A stretch of DNA of 64,000 bases, from the NCBI GenBank assembly GCA_964230645.1, contig CAXRHT010000002.1, positions 1,312,001 through 1,376,000 on the forward strand, written 5' to 3'. Below are positions 37,230 to 47,457 of this stretch, piece after piece. The DNA comes from Bdellovibrionales bacterium. GTDB lineage: Bacteria > Bdellovibrionota > Bdellovibrionia > Bdellovibrionales > JAGQZY01. The stretch's first letter is position 1. Each line of letters opens with the position of its first letter. Position numbers and translations under genes: made by a program. The notes below the pieces were generated by a model. That model made no database searches. It was not told where the DNA came from and worked only from the letters and a program-made list of their open reading frames with translations.

Positions 37230-37829
37230 TCATGGATTCTCGTTCAGGAGATCACGGTAGACTTGATCCACCTGGCTTTTAAGTTCATCCAGGTCCCCTT
37301 TATTATCAATAACAATATCCGCTTTCTTCTTTTTCTCTTCAATGTCCATCTGGCTCGCCAATCGCCTTTTGGCCTCCTCTTGACTGAGAGAATTGCGCTT
37401 CATCAATCTTTTAAGGCTCAAAGATTCCGGAACATAGACAACAAGCACTTTGTCAAATTTGTCTTGCAGATCGTTTTCAAACAGAAGGGGCACATCATAG
37501 ATTGCCATCTTGTGGCCAGCCGCCTGAAAGAGACTTTTTTTCTCCTCTGTTTTCTTTTGAACAAAGGGATGAATAAGAGACTCTAAAAATTTCAGTTTAT
37601 CGGTATTATTGAAAACCTTTAATCCTAAGACCTTCCTGTCTATGTCCCCGGTGGGACCCAGTATATCTCGACCGAAGTAATTAACGATTTTCTCTTTGTT
37701 ACGAGCTAAAGCGGTATGAGCCAAGCGGTCCGCATCGACGATGGGAACGCCTTTTTCTCGAAAAAAATTGGCCACTGTGGTTTTACCACTAGCCACTGCC
37801 CCTGTGAGACCTAACCAAATCATATTCAT
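37230..37829 (-). CDS. coaE: Dephospho-CoA kinase
   Basis: GLTGAVASGKTTV, DADRLAH, IDRKVLG, IHPFV, DVPLLFE and SQMDIEEK; start likely 37829 or 37823. Confidence 0.95.
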   Translation of the reverse strand: MNMIWLGLTGAVASGKTTVANFFREKGVPIVDADRLAHTALARNKEKIVNYFGRDILGPTGDIDRKVLGLKVFNNTDKLKFLESLIHPFVQKKTEEKKSLFQAAGHKMAIYDVPLLFENDLQDKFDKVLVVYVPESLSLKRLMKRNSLSQEEAKRRLASQMDIEEKKKKADIVIDNKGDLDELKSQVDQVYRDLLNENP

Positions 37830-37971
37830 TGAGAATGCCACGTTTTTTTTGAAAAAAGCAGAGGCTGGCGCTCCCGACTCGACCTTTGTCGATGGCGTCA
37901 CTTTTAAAGCGACTTCCACTTAGACCAATAGAGAGGTTTTATAATTTCAATGAGAGTGAGCCTAAAAAATT

Positions 37972-37998
37972 TAAACTCTCCCCTCAAGCGACCGATAA
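37972..37998 (+). promoter_or_regulatory. sigma28 (FliA)-type promoter of the Ser/Thr kinase gene
   Basis: TAAA-N15-ACCGATAA, one mismatch from the consensus, 19 nt before the GTG start. Confidence 0.7.
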
Positions 37999-38017
37999 AC
38001 ACTTGTAGAGGAAATAC

Positions 38018-39901
38018 GTGAAAAAGAACTTTGAAACATTTGGAAATTATATTCTTCTAGAAAAGCTCGCCGCCGGTGGTATGGCCGAAGTCTATCTTGC
38101 TAAGAAAATTGCGGCCAGTGGTGTACAGAAGTTTGTGGCAATTAAAAGAATCCTATCTCAGTTCTCTGACTCTGAGGACTTTATTTCCATGTTTAAGGAT
38201 GAGGCTAAAATTGCCATCAATCTCTCTCATAGTAACGTAGTTTCCATCTATGATTTTGGTACCGAAAAAGGGCAATTTTATATTGTTATGGAATTTGTGG
38301 AAGGGAGAAACCTCCGTCAAATTCTCAACCGAATGAAACGCGTGGATAAAGTTTTCACCATCGCTCAAGTGGCCCACATTATTAAGCAGGTATCGGCTGG
38401 GCTTGACCACGCTCACAGATGTATTGATCCAACCACAGGTAAGCCACTTAATATTATTCATAGAGATATGTCGCCACAAAACGTGATGTTAGGTTTTGAG
38501 GGTGACGCAAAGATTGTGGATTTTGGTATCGCAAAGGCTGCTCACCAAATCGAGGCCACACGCGCTGGAACTCTCAAAGGAAAATTTGGTTATATGAGTC
38601 CAGAGCAAGTGGAGGGACAGTCCGTTGATTCGAGAACGGATATTTTCGCCCTTGGAATTATGATCTGGGAGATGCTCGCTAATCAACGACTTTTCTTGGC
38701 GAATAGCGAGATCAACACTTTGAGAAAAATTCGTGAGTGCGATGTTCCTAGTCTTCGCAAGATTAATCCAAACATCCCTACTGAATTGGACCAAATTGTT
38801 AAGAAAGCCTTAGAAAAAGAAAAAGTTAATCGTTATCAGACATCCAGTGACCTTCACCGTGATTTACAGGGTTTTCTCAGCCGATTCGATCCTGATTTTT
38901 CGGTGCAGGACTTTAGCCATTTTGTAAAGGGTCTTTTCTCTGAGGAAATTGTTCAAATTAGAAAGAAACAAATTGTCTACGCTCAGGTCACTGTACAGTC
39001 ACAAAAAGAACAAAACCAAGGTGACTCCACTCAGATTGTGAACACTGAAAGCTTTGTCCATAAAGATGATATGTCCCTTGATAGCTTGAGCTTTGATCAA
39101 ATGAGCTCCCAAGGTAAAAAGGTCGCCGGTGATTCGGCCATGACTTATACAGGACCAAGCACTGAAGAGCTTGCCAATATGGATTTTGGAGATGCCGAGT
39201 TTGACGACGGAAAAACTCGCGCACAAAGAATACAAATCGCCAAACGAAACGCTCATAAAAAAGTAAAAGAATATAAAAATCAGACTTACACCAACACTTC
39301 CAAAACGCTAAGTGAAATCGAAAGAAAAAACCGCAATGCGACGACTTTTACAGTCCTTTTCTCGCTTAGCTTTCTCTTAGTGTTTTTTGCCTATATCAAT
39401 AAATATCATCCCAATTTTAAGACCAAGTTCTGTGAATCTATGGCGAGTTACAACCTTTGTCCTCGCTCTATTTATATTCCAGCCAATCTTTTACAAATTA
39501 AAACCCAGCCCGCCGGTGCTGCTATTTACATCAACGGTGAAAATATTGGGCGCACCCCTTACGACTACTATGTAAAAAAGTTACCTTTAAAGGTTGGGGT
39601 GATGCTTGAAGGACACAAAAGAACCACCAAAGTGATTGATGAAATCCCTGAAAATAATAGCGTTTTGATCTCAATGCCCAGGGTTCCCACGGGCTATCTT
39701 GTCATCAAATCAGTGGGTGTGGAGATTTATATCAATGACGTGGCTGTTCCATCTGGCCGCAGGCATCCTGTGCCAGCGAATGAGGACGTCGTTGTTCGTG
39801 TGAGAAACCCCATTTCTGGCCTTTCTAAAGAAAAAGTTTTTCGGGTCAAACCTGGAAAAACTGTTCAACAGGTTATTGACCCTCCCGAAAGCGGAAGGTA
39901 A
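38018..39901 (+). CDS. Hanks-type membrane Ser/Thr protein kinase with extracytoplasmic PEGA-like domains
   Basis: GGMAEVY, VAIK, HRDMSPQN, DFG and GKFGYMSPEQ; one TM helix; IKTQPAGAAIYINGENIGRTP. Confidence 0.95.
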   Translation: MKKNFETFGNYILLEKLAAGGMAEVYLAKKIAASGVQKFVAIKRILSQFSDSEDFISMFKDEAKIAINLSHSNVVSIYDFGTEKGQFYIVMEFVEGRNLRQILNRMKRVDKVFTIAQVAHIIKQVSAGLDHAHRCIDPTTGKPLNIIHRDMSPQNVMLGFEGDAKIVDFGIAKAAHQIEATRAGTLKGKFGYMSPEQVEGQSVDSRTDIFALGIMIWEMLANQRLFLANSEINTLRKIRECDVPSLRKINPNIPTELDQIVKKALEKEKVNRYQTSSDLHRDLQGFLSRFDPDFSVQDFSHFVKGLFSEEIVQIRKKQIVYAQVTVQSQKEQNQGDSTQIVNTESFVHKDDMSLDSLSFDQMSSQGKKVAGDSAMTYTGPSTEELANMDFGDAEFDDGKTRAQRIQIAKRNAHKKVKEYKNQTYTNTSKTLSEIERKNRNATTFTVLFSLSFLLVFFAYINKYHPNFKTKFCESMASYNLCPRSIYIPANLLQIKTQPAGAAIYINGENIGRTPYDYYVKKLPLKVGVMLEGHKRTTKVIDEIPENNSVLISMPRVPTGYLVIKSVGVEIYINDVAVPSGRRHPVPANEDVVVRVRNPISGLSKEKVFRVKPGKTVQQVIDPPESGR

Positions 39902-39967
39902 ACCTAACCTCCTGAAACAATGAACAAATTTTAAAAATCAGACACTGCTGTTCGGTGGATTGGCAAA

Positions 39968-40044
39968 TGTCATCCTGAGAATTGTTTAGAGTCATCCTGA
40001 GCGCAGCGAAGGATCTTAGGTCTTTCGCTTCGCTCAAGACGACA
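39968..40044 (+). repeat. REP-like dyad plus fragment
   Basis: GTCATCCTGAGCGCAGCGAAGGATCTTAGGTCTTTCGCTTCGCTCAAGACGACA at 39991-40044, nearly identical to 19391-19444. Confidence 0.9.
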
Positions 40045-40072
40045 TGTTTCAGGAAAGCAGGAGAGGTTTCCG

Positions 40073-41824
40073 GTGAACTTGCTAAAAAAATTGATAGACC
40101 ACAAAAAGAAAAGATCGGGCCTTGCCGCTGTTCAGTACATAAAAAAAGGGCAGCTCTACACACTCAATTGGTCCCAGGTCTACGATCGGGTGGAACAATA
40201 CTATAATGTTTTACTTTATCTTGGGGTCAAGCCGGGAGACCGAGTCGCTATATACAGCAATACCAACAAAGAATGGGGTTTTCTCGATCTCGCTATTATG
40301 GCATGTGGCGCTACAACTGTGCCTGTTTACCACTCCTCCCATATCCAGGAAGTGGAGATTATTCTTAAAGACTCATCTCCCTCCCTATTGTTTGTTGAAA
40401 ATGAAGGCCTCTATAAAAATATTCTGAGCTTAGGTCTTGAGGAGTCCTTCCAAAAGATCGTTTCGATCCACCCTTTTCACCATCCTGATTCTCAACCAGA
40501 GTTTTTAAACGAGCTTGTCGACAACCCAGAAATTATCCAAGCCCTAGATGAGGTTTCGATCAACAAAGATGACTTGGCCACAATCATTTACACCTCAGGA
40601 ACTTCCGGGAAGCCTAAAGGTGTTTGCCTCACTCATCACCAAATAATGAGTGCGGTCTCAGAAGTCTTCCCTCTATTAGGTGTGACAGACCAAGATAAGA
40701 CCTTAACCTTCCTCCCCTTCTCACATGTCTTAGGAAGAATTGAACTCTGGGGTCATTACTTTTGCGGCTACTGTATCGGGTATGCTCAGTCGATCGATAA
40801 GATCAAACGTGACCTACTCAAAGTGCAACCAACAGTCATTGTTGGAGTGCCACGAATCTTTGAAAAGATATATTTTGGTATCAAAGCACAGGTGGAAATA
40901 TCAAAACTGAAACAAGGTCTTTTTAGTCAAGCTTTAGAGGTTGGCAAAACAAACACTAAGCTCAGACAGAAAAAGAAAACTCCCTCCTTCCTGCAGGCCA
41001 TAAAAAGTCAGCTCGCCTATCAGATGGTGTTCTCCCAAATTCAAGAAAAGTTAGGAGGACGTCTTCGATTTGCGGTATCCGGAGGAGCGCCTCTTGATAA
41101 AGAAATTGCAGACTTCTTTTCTAGTTGTGGAATTTCAATACTCGAAGGCTATGGGCTCACCGAAAGCACAGGGCCCATCTTCGTCAACACTCTTTTTCAA
41201 CATAAAAATGGATTTGTCGGTCGCGCCATTGGAGATGTTGAAGTCAAATTTGACAGTGATGGTGAAATCCTTATCAAAAGTAAAAAAATAATGACGGGCT
41301 ATTACAACAACGAGGAAGAAACCAAAAAGGTTTTCACCGAGGATGGTTATTTCCGCACCGGTGATATCGGCGCCCTTGATTCAGAAGGCTTCTTAGAAAT
41401 CACAGATAGAAAGAAGGACCTTATCAAAACTGCGGGAGGAAAGTTTATTGCCCCTCAGAAGATTCAGTCCCTTTTCACCCAAAACCCGTTAATTGGTCAC
41501 GTACACATTCATGGTGATAAACAAAAGTATGTGGTGGCACTCCTTACACTGGAAAAAGATGAGCTTTATAACCTCCGCAAAGACCATCACATCGAAAAAG
41601 AGAACTTTGCCGAGCTTTCCCAGCACGAGAAAATTCAAAAGCTCGTTAGAAATGCTGTGAGCCAAGCCAATTCGAAGCTAGCTTCGTTTGAAACCATAAA
41701 ACGCTACAAAGTTCTTGATCACGAGTTCACCATTGAAGAGGGGCATCTTACCCCCTCATTAAAAATGAAGAGGCAAAAAATCGACCAAATGTACAATGAT
41801 GATCTTAAAGAGCTCTATTTGTAG
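40073..41824 (+). CDS. fadD: Long-chain fatty acid--CoA ligase (AMP-binding)
   Basis: IIYTSGTSGKPKG, EGYGLTE, FRTGDIG and ITDRKKDLIKTAGGK. Confidence 0.9.
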   Translation: MNLLKKLIDHKKKRSGLAAVQYIKKGQLYTLNWSQVYDRVEQYYNVLLYLGVKPGDRVAIYSNTNKEWGFLDLAIMACGATTVPVYHSSHIQEVEIILKDSSPSLLFVENEGLYKNILSLGLEESFQKIVSIHPFHHPDSQPEFLNELVDNPEIIQALDEVSINKDDLATIIYTSGTSGKPKGVCLTHHQIMSAVSEVFPLLGVTDQDKTLTFLPFSHVLGRIELWGHYFCGYCIGYAQSIDKIKRDLLKVQPTVIVGVPRIFEKIYFGIKAQVEISKLKQGLFSQALEVGKTNTKLRQKKKTPSFLQAIKSQLAYQMVFSQIQEKLGGRLRFAVSGGAPLDKEIADFFSSCGISILEGYGLTESTGPIFVNTLFQHKNGFVGRAIGDVEVKFDSDGEILIKSKKIMTGYYNNEEETKKVFTEDGYFRTGDIGALDSEGFLEITDRKKDLIKTAGGKFIAPQKIQSLFTQNPLIGHVHIHGDKQKYVVALLTLEKDELYNLRKDHHIEKENFAELSQHEKIQKLVRNAVSQANSKLASFETIKRYKVLDHEFTIEEGHLTPSLKMKRQKIDQMYNDDLKELYL

Positions 41825-42828
41825 ATAGCATCAAAATTGATTTTTAAGTCGGCCTTCTCAAGCTCCGTGAACTCTATGGAAGGCGAGAGGTAAATGGCAT
41901 TTTCCTCAGCGCTATACACCCAACCAGTTTCAGGATCGTTAGGAATGACAAGGTCTCCATAGGTCACATTGATGGTGGTCACATCGGGAAGCTGGTCTAA
42001 ATAGATTCTTGATACTGACGTTACTAGATCGTCGGCGACTTGGGCCATTTCCGCACCATAATCATCCGCGCAAATGTCAAAGAGTGCACTGTTAGGAGAG
42101 TGAAGTCTCACCATTTCTCGAATCAAACCACGGTCTGAGTCATCTCTACGACAATTGGAGGTCGACTGCGGATTCTCAACAATCGCGGCGTAGTAAAACA
42201 GCTTTTCTTTATCACCATCTTTAAGGTTCGTAAGGAAATCAAAAGCTGTACTTGGCTGAATTCGACTTTGATCTTCCGAATCGGTAATTACAAAAATCGC
42301 TAAGTTTGAATCTTTTCGATAAAAGTCTTCGTTAAAGCCATTCTGAAGTTGTGGCGAAAGTGCTTCCATATGGATACTAAAAAACTGTTCTGTTGTTGAC
42401 CCACGAAGCCCCACGTCCATCATTTTTCGTAAGACCTGCGCCCCATTGGGAGTGGATCGGTCCACGTAGGTATAACCATCAACCTTATGAAGCTTACCAC
42501 CAGCGGCTTTACTCTGAAAATCTCTTAAAGAAGAGGTCGTAACACCAATATGGTAATTGATAAACTTAGTTGCAAAAAACCGATCAACAAAAAGTTTAGC
42601 GTTCTCCGCCACTCTCTGCTGATAATCATCCATACTAATCGAATCATCAATGATAAACAAAATATCGAGATTTGGGTTAAAAACCACATCATTGAGTTTT
42701 TTTTCGGTTTTCTTTTTCGGTTCAAAAGGAATGTTTTTTGCGCCCGGCTCCGCTTGGCACCCTAAAAGAGTGATCGCAATAACCGACGCACTTAACAATT
42801 TTGACATCCAGTTTAAGCTTCGCTTCAC
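41815..42828 (-). CDS. VWA-domain lipoprotein (CglB-like adhesin candidate)
   Basis: Lipobox LLGC; MIDAS-like DILFIIDDSISM; ITDSED; last gene of the agl-glt operon, with a GTGA overlap. Confidence 0.8.
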   Translation of the reverse strand: MKRSLNWMSKLLSASVIAITLLGCQAEPGAKNIPFEPKKKTEKKLNDVVFNPNLDILFIIDDSISMDDYQQRVAENAKLFVDRFFATKFINYHIGVTTSSLRDFQSKAAGGKLHKVDGYTYVDRSTPNGAQVLRKMMDVGLRGSTTEQFFSIHMEALSPQLQNGFNEDFYRKDSNLAIFVITDSEDQSRIQPSTAFDFLTNLKDGDKEKLFYYAAIVENPQSTSNCRRDDSDRGLIREMVRLHSPNSALFDICADDYGAEMAQVADDLVTSVSRIYLDQLPDVTTINVTYGDLVIPNDPETGWVYSAEENAIYLSPSIEFTELEKADLKINFDAIYK

Positions 42829-44423
42829 AGTGTCTTCTCCTCACCGGACTGACAACCTTTGGCAACGTCCACCCGGTAGTTGGAAATTTCATCAAACCAA
42901 ATCTCTCCTTGGAAAGGAAACTTCAATGTATCTTTGCTAGCACTTCCTGTTGTCCCTTTTTTAACTTGAGACTTTGTGCCCTTGGTATCTTCGATCACGC
43001 GGTCACTCATCGCCAGTTGTTGAATCAACTCCGCTTCCACGATTTGCATCTTCTTAAGAACTGAGGAGATCTCTTCCACTTCTTCTTTTGCAAGGTGTTT
43101 GACTCGGTTAAGAGAGGCTGTATAGCTGTTGCGTGCCTGGCCGAGTACTGACTTTTTAAAGCGTTCCATTTTGGCTTGAAAGCCGACAAGAGCTGTCCCT
43201 TCACTGAGAGACTGGGAGTACAGTTTCTTAGCAACATCTCCTTCTTTTTCAAGAGCATCGTGCCTCTGAACAAGATAAAAGAGCTGTTCGTCTCTGGTCG
43301 AGTAGCGAGGAAGTTTCACACCGGCTGATCCCAGTTCATCCATAGAAACTCTCCCATTTTTTAACTCGCTAAAAAGAGTTTGAACGGCTGGGGACTCTGG
43401 ATTCTCTTGCAAGTTTAACAGAACTTGAGTTTTTCTTTGGAAACGATTTCTAAACTCTTTGAGAGTTTTCGAAACCTCGGCATAATCACAAATCTTTAGC
43501 TGACCCAGAGTGGCTAGATAAAATGTTTCAGGTCCCACGTCGGGCTCAAAGGCTGGAGTCATTAGAGTTTTAATGTGTGCCAATGTGTTTTGTGGTTGCC
43601 CTAAACGTAGCTCGGACCAAGCCATTTCTTCTATCGCCTGAAACCAATAGTCCGATTTTTTGCTCACCTTTTCATAGTAGCGCTTGGCCTGCTCAAGATA
43701 ACCATTTTGATAAAGCATTCGAGCGGCGGTGATATTCATCAAGTCATCAGAGATCGGATTATTTTCCTCCACCCCTTGTAGATGTTTGAGGAGCTTAGCC
43801 GCCTTCACATCTTGACCATTGAGGAGAAGAGAGGTGACATAACGCCATTCCGTCCAATTTCTCTCCCAAGATTTGGGAGGGGTTTTTCTTAAAAGCTTTT
43901 CCAATGTCTTAGTGCTAAGGCTTTTGTCAAACTCTCTAGCCATTACAGCCACTTCTGCCGATAGACCAAATATTTTAGTCCAACCTGGGTTCCAGCGCAC
44001 GTCTGTTAAAGACCAGATCTTGTCCTCGGTCTGCATAGTGGATTGCCAAAGCTCTAACATATCTTGCTTAATATGATTCGGATTGGTCTGAAAAAGTGTT
44101 TCCAACCCCACAAGCTTTAAACCGTTTTGAAAAAGGAGATAACCGTAAAGAGCCTGGCCGGTAGCCGTTTTTGAAAAGCTTGAATTCTCAAAAGCCGAGG
44201 GCCATTGGTAAAGAGCTTTTTTCATCTCTCCCTTTTTCATAAATTGCAGGAAAATATTTTGTTCGGCACTGGGATTTGAAATCAACGAGCGAAAAGCCGA
44301 TTTATCAGTAGGAATAACTTGGCTGGAGGAGTCTTTTTTCCCACCATCGAGAACGTCTAGTAGATCGTCAGCTTGGGCGGTCGCACTCATTAAAATTAGG
44401 GTCAGTAATGTTTTAATAATCAT
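42825..44423 (-). CDS. gltC: Periplasmic TPR protein, GltC-like
   Basis: Signal peptide, TPR helices (AARMLYQ...EMAWSEL) and C-terminal FPFQGEIWFDEISNYRV...C, typical of GltC. Confidence 0.75.
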   Translation of the reverse strand: MIIKTLLTLILMSATAQADDLLDVLDGGKKDSSSQVIPTDKSAFRSLISNPSAEQNIFLQFMKKGEMKKALYQWPSAFENSSFSKTATGQALYGYLLFQNGLKLVGLETLFQTNPNHIKQDMLELWQSTMQTEDKIWSLTDVRWNPGWTKIFGLSAEVAVMAREFDKSLSTKTLEKLLRKTPPKSWERNWTEWRYVTSLLLNGQDVKAAKLLKHLQGVEENNPISDDLMNITAARMLYQNGYLEQAKRYYEKVSKKSDYWFQAIEEMAWSELRLGQPQNTLAHIKTLMTPAFEPDVGPETFYLATLGQLKICDYAEVSKTLKEFRNRFQRKTQVLLNLQENPESPAVQTLFSELKNGRVSMDELGSAGVKLPRYSTRDEQLFYLVQRHDALEKEGDVAKKLYSQSLSEGTALVGFQAKMERFKKSVLGQARNSYTASLNRVKHLAKEEVEEISSVLKKMQIVEAELIQQLAMSDRVIEDTKGTKSQVKKGTTGSASKDTLKFPFQGEIWFDEISNYRVDVAKGCQSGEEKTL

Positions 44424-44433
44424 TTCTTTCCTC

Positions 44434-45111
44434 TCAAAGCATATAACCAAAGGAAACACCAGCCACTGTTGTTTCTATATCAACAGCTCCACCGAACCTT
44501 TGGGCTTCATAGTATCTTTGTTGGATTTGTAAGCGAGTTGTTAAATGTTGAGAAAGCCAAAGCCCCATTCCTCCTCCAACAGAATAAGTACCGGTATCAC
44601 CGGACTGTAAGGTGATATTTCCCACAGTGACTTGAGCGTAGACATCAAATTGGAGGACACCAAGGTCGAACATATTGATCTTTCCATAAATAGGAGCAAA
44701 TTGACCGATGAGCTCATAACCTGATTGCGGGGCATCCACATCGGGAACCAGGCGATCGGTATCAATAATATATTGCCCTTCTTTGGAAAGTTTATTGTAA
44801 GCCTGAAAATAATTAAGACCTACTGTCCAACGGGGATTGATGTGGAAGTAATAATTTAGATTGAGAGATTGAGTTTGCAAATAAGCATCGCCGCCAATGA
44901 CATTGTTGTAGCCAAAATTAAACTCATGACGAAAACGTCTATCAACCGTGCGGTTCTGTACGACTGTAACACTTTTATTCGGCTGAAGCTTTTGCGCCCG
45001 GTCCATAAGGACGTCATTACCACCAAGACTGTCGAAATCTTCCATGATATCGGCTTGAACCGGAAGACCAAAGAGAAAAACAAGTGCGGATACTAAAATC
45101 ATTCTAATCAT
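44434..45111 (-). CDS. Outer-membrane beta-barrel, GltA/GltB/GltH-like
   Basis: VVQNR...RHEF and FAPIYGKINMF...FDVY motifs of the myxobacterial OMP family; operon context. Confidence 0.8.
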   Translation of the reverse strand: MIRMILVSALVFLFGLPVQADIMEDFDSLGGNDVLMDRAQKLQPNKSVTVVQNRTVDRRFRHEFNFGYNNVIGGDAYLQTQSLNLNYYFHINPRWTVGLNYFQAYNKLSKEGQYIIDTDRLVPDVDAPQSGYELIGQFAPIYGKINMFDLGVLQFDVYAQVTVGNITLQSGDTGTYSVGGGMGLWLSQHLTTRLQIQQRYYEAQRFGGAVDIETTVAGVSFGYML

Positions 45112-46292
45112 TGTTGCTCTCCTTCGATAACTTCAATATTTAAAGTGTCAGCACCCGTTTGTTTATTCGAGTGATCGGTACTGAAAGACAAAACGGTGTT
45201 TGTCGCCTCAACCCTTAAACTTTGTTTCCCAGTCGTTTCGGGCGTCCACTCCACTTTACAACGCGACATAAAGTCATCGCTGAAGTTGCCTTGTTGGCAC
45301 TCACAAATGGCACCGGCCGGACAGCCATTGGCAAAGCTTGCTGTGACCTCGCCTTCTTTACCTGGGTCAACCACAAGAAAGCTATAGGTGTTTTTTTCAC
45401 CTTTAACGAACTGAACGGAATCCTCAAGAAAGAAAATCGGACGATTCGCTCGCGTGTACACTTGATAGTAAAAGTTTTTGGGTTTGGCAGGAACACCGTA
45501 GGACGTGAAAGCCTGCACTTCGACATTGAAAAGCTCTGAGGAAGTGGTCACATCGGGCATATCTGTAGAGGAAAGATCAACTGCCGCATCAAAACGCCAG
45601 AGTGTAGGATCGCCACTGACACGCTCGCCTTTTTTATCGTACTCAATAAAGTGAGCGCCATTTTTCGAGTTTGGTGAATAGTTCCCCACCACCAAAACTG
45701 GGCCTTCAGGAGAAACAACATCTCTAACAAAAATTTGAAAAGTTTTGCGATCCCCTTCAATGTAGGCGTCTTGTATATCAGCCACTCTTTCGATCACAGG
45801 ATCTTCAGCACTTCCTCTTACCACGTGAAAAACAATATCTTTTCGACGCTCTTGGATCAGCCCTTTGTATTTTGCAATAAGATTCACTCTAAGAACTCTG
45901 GTCTCGACTAAGCCTGAAATGACATAACCTTCTTCTGGTTCAAAGATAAGTTCCCGAGTTTGAGAATCGTAGGTCGCTCCCGGTAGATCATTGTCTAAAT
46001 TGCGTAATTCAAGACCGACAAAGGAAAACTCCGGATGGAGAAGTCTGTAGGCCATGGTTAAATTAAGAGACTCTCCCTCTCTGACCACATGAGTTTCTTT
46101 GACGTCCACTCTCATGACATCTTGTACAGGAGGTTCTTTTACCGGATTCCCACCCTGAGGAACGGCTTTTTGGATATTGTCACTTTGCCCAGAAAAAGGA
46201 TCTTGCTCCCATCCACTATGACAAGCACTCAAAGCTAAAAAACCTATTAAGGCTAACACTCTCATCTCTAGTCTCCTCACTCTTATATTCAT
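45108..46292 (-). CDS. Beta-rich (Ig/cadherin-like) lipoprotein
   Basis: Lipobox LSAC and repeated V.EG..-type beta-sandwich starts; alternative start 46265. Confidence 0.7.
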   Translation of the reverse strand: MNIRVRRLEMRVLALIGFLALSACHSGWEQDPFSGQSDNIQKAVPQGGNPVKEPPVQDVMRVDVKETHVVREGESLNLTMAYRLLHPEFSFVGLELRNLDNDLPGATYDSQTRELIFEPEEGYVISGLVETRVLRVNLIAKYKGLIQERRKDIVFHVVRGSAEDPVIERVADIQDAYIEGDRKTFQIFVRDVVSPEGPVLVVGNYSPNSKNGAHFIEYDKKGERVSGDPTLWRFDAAVDLSSTDMPDVTTSSELFNVEVQAFTSYGVPAKPKNFYYQVYTRANRPIFFLEDSVQFVKGEKNTYSFLVVDPGKEGEVTASFANGCPAGAICECQQGNFSDDFMSRCKVEWTPETTGKQSLRVEATNTVLSFSTDHSNKQTGADTLNIEVIEGEQQ

Positions 46293-47447
46293 TTATCCTC
46301 TCCCTGTTCTTTTTAAGAGAAATGGATAAGATACCGGAACTTCTTGATTCCCTGCTGGGACTGGAAACTTCCAGGTTCTTAAGCGACGAAGGATACAATC
46401 CTCCACAGTTTTATTATTCAAAGAGGTATTTTTTACTTTGGCGATTTTCACTCGGCCCGAGCTATCAATCACCCAATTTACTGCCACACGCCCTGAAAGA
46501 CTCGCATTGAGTTGCAAACCTTGCTCATAGCAAAAGCGAATCTGACCGATATTACGCCGGACCACATCAGCAATAAGGCTGCCATCAAGTCCTCCATCAA
46601 CGGAGGCTTCTTCGGGAATGGGAATCAGTGAAGCCCCTGTGGCTCCCACTAAAGACACAGAACCGTAACCGGCCTTTCCACCACCTTTACCTTTTGTTCC
46701 ATAGCCACCGCCACCTTTAACATTGTGACCTTCACCTAGGGGAGCCGAGGTCATCCCTTTAGAATAAACACTTTTTTGAACGCCGCCACTTCCCTGGCTC
46801 CCCCCCATGCCGGGTCCAGCGGAGGCTTTTACGGCACCAAGATCAAGACCGCCTTTTTGTTTGCTTTTCTTGAGCTGTCCTAAGGCAGCGAGTGCTCCTC
46901 GTCTTTTCCAACCTTTACGCACACTTTTTGTTTTTACAGATTTTTTTGGTTGAGTTGTCGTCTGACTAACACTCACCGTCCTTTTGGGAGTTTTAGGAAT
47001 GGCGATTTTCTTTTTCACCACCTTTACGATCTCTCTTTTTTTCTCCTCAGGAACTTCCTCGGCAATCTCTTGGGTCGGTGCAAAGACATCGGTCATTAAG
47101 AACCCGATAAGCACATAGATAAGCAGAGTAAAAAGTATGGCTTTGCGAGCAGGGCCTGAATCTTTTTCTTCAGGAGCTCCCGTGATGGGGTTTATTTTCT
47201 CCCCTTCCATCACCTCAAGATAACCATAATCTCCAAGACTTAAGCGAGACTGAGCTAAAGCCGATCCGTCTCCCTGACCTAAAAGTTCATAGGGAATATT
47301 TTTCCTTTTGAGTAAGTTTAGGGAGTTCAGCACTTCAAGGCGCTTGGTATCTTTACGGAAAATAGCAAAAACTTTCTCTGGTTTCTCCCAAGGAAAGACT
47401 CTAACGACATTACCGAAATTATTATGAAGAACTAAGCTTTTTGACAT
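46293..47447 (-). CDS. gltG: AgmX/PglI C-terminal (TonB-like) domain protein, GltG-like
   Basis: TM helix, Gly/Lys-rich linker and GGLD...IRFCYEQGL...GRVAVNWVI...CILRRLRTWKFP...VSYPF. Confidence 0.8.
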   Translation of the reverse strand: MSKSLVLHNNFGNVVRVFPWEKPEKVFAIFRKDTKRLEVLNSLNLLKRKNIPYELLGQGDGSALAQSRLSLGDYGYLEVMEGEKINPITGAPEEKDSGPARKAILFTLLIYVLIGFLMTDVFAPTQEIAEEVPEEKKREIVKVVKKKIAIPKTPKRTVSVSQTTTQPKKSVKTKSVRKGWKRRGALAALGQLKKSKQKGGLDLGAVKASAGPGMGGSQGSGGVQKSVYSKGMTSAPLGEGHNVKGGGGYGTKGKGGGKAGYGSVSLVGATGASLIPIPEEASVDGGLDGSLIADVVRRNIGQIRFCYEQGLQLNASLSGRVAVNWVIDSSGRVKIAKVKNTSLNNKTVEDCILRRLRTWKFPVPAGNQEVPVSYPFLLKRTGRG

Positions 47448-47457
47448 TTCGAGTACC

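Noticed and set aside
36998..37586. Opposite-strand ORFs sharing the peptide KISGKFESVVWI
   Set aside because: Artefact of the 45-bp inverted repeat; the longer ORF is antisense to coaE.
41815..41824. Tail-to-tail gene overlaps (41815-41824, 20941-20944)
   Set aside because: Short convergent overlaps are common in compact genomes.
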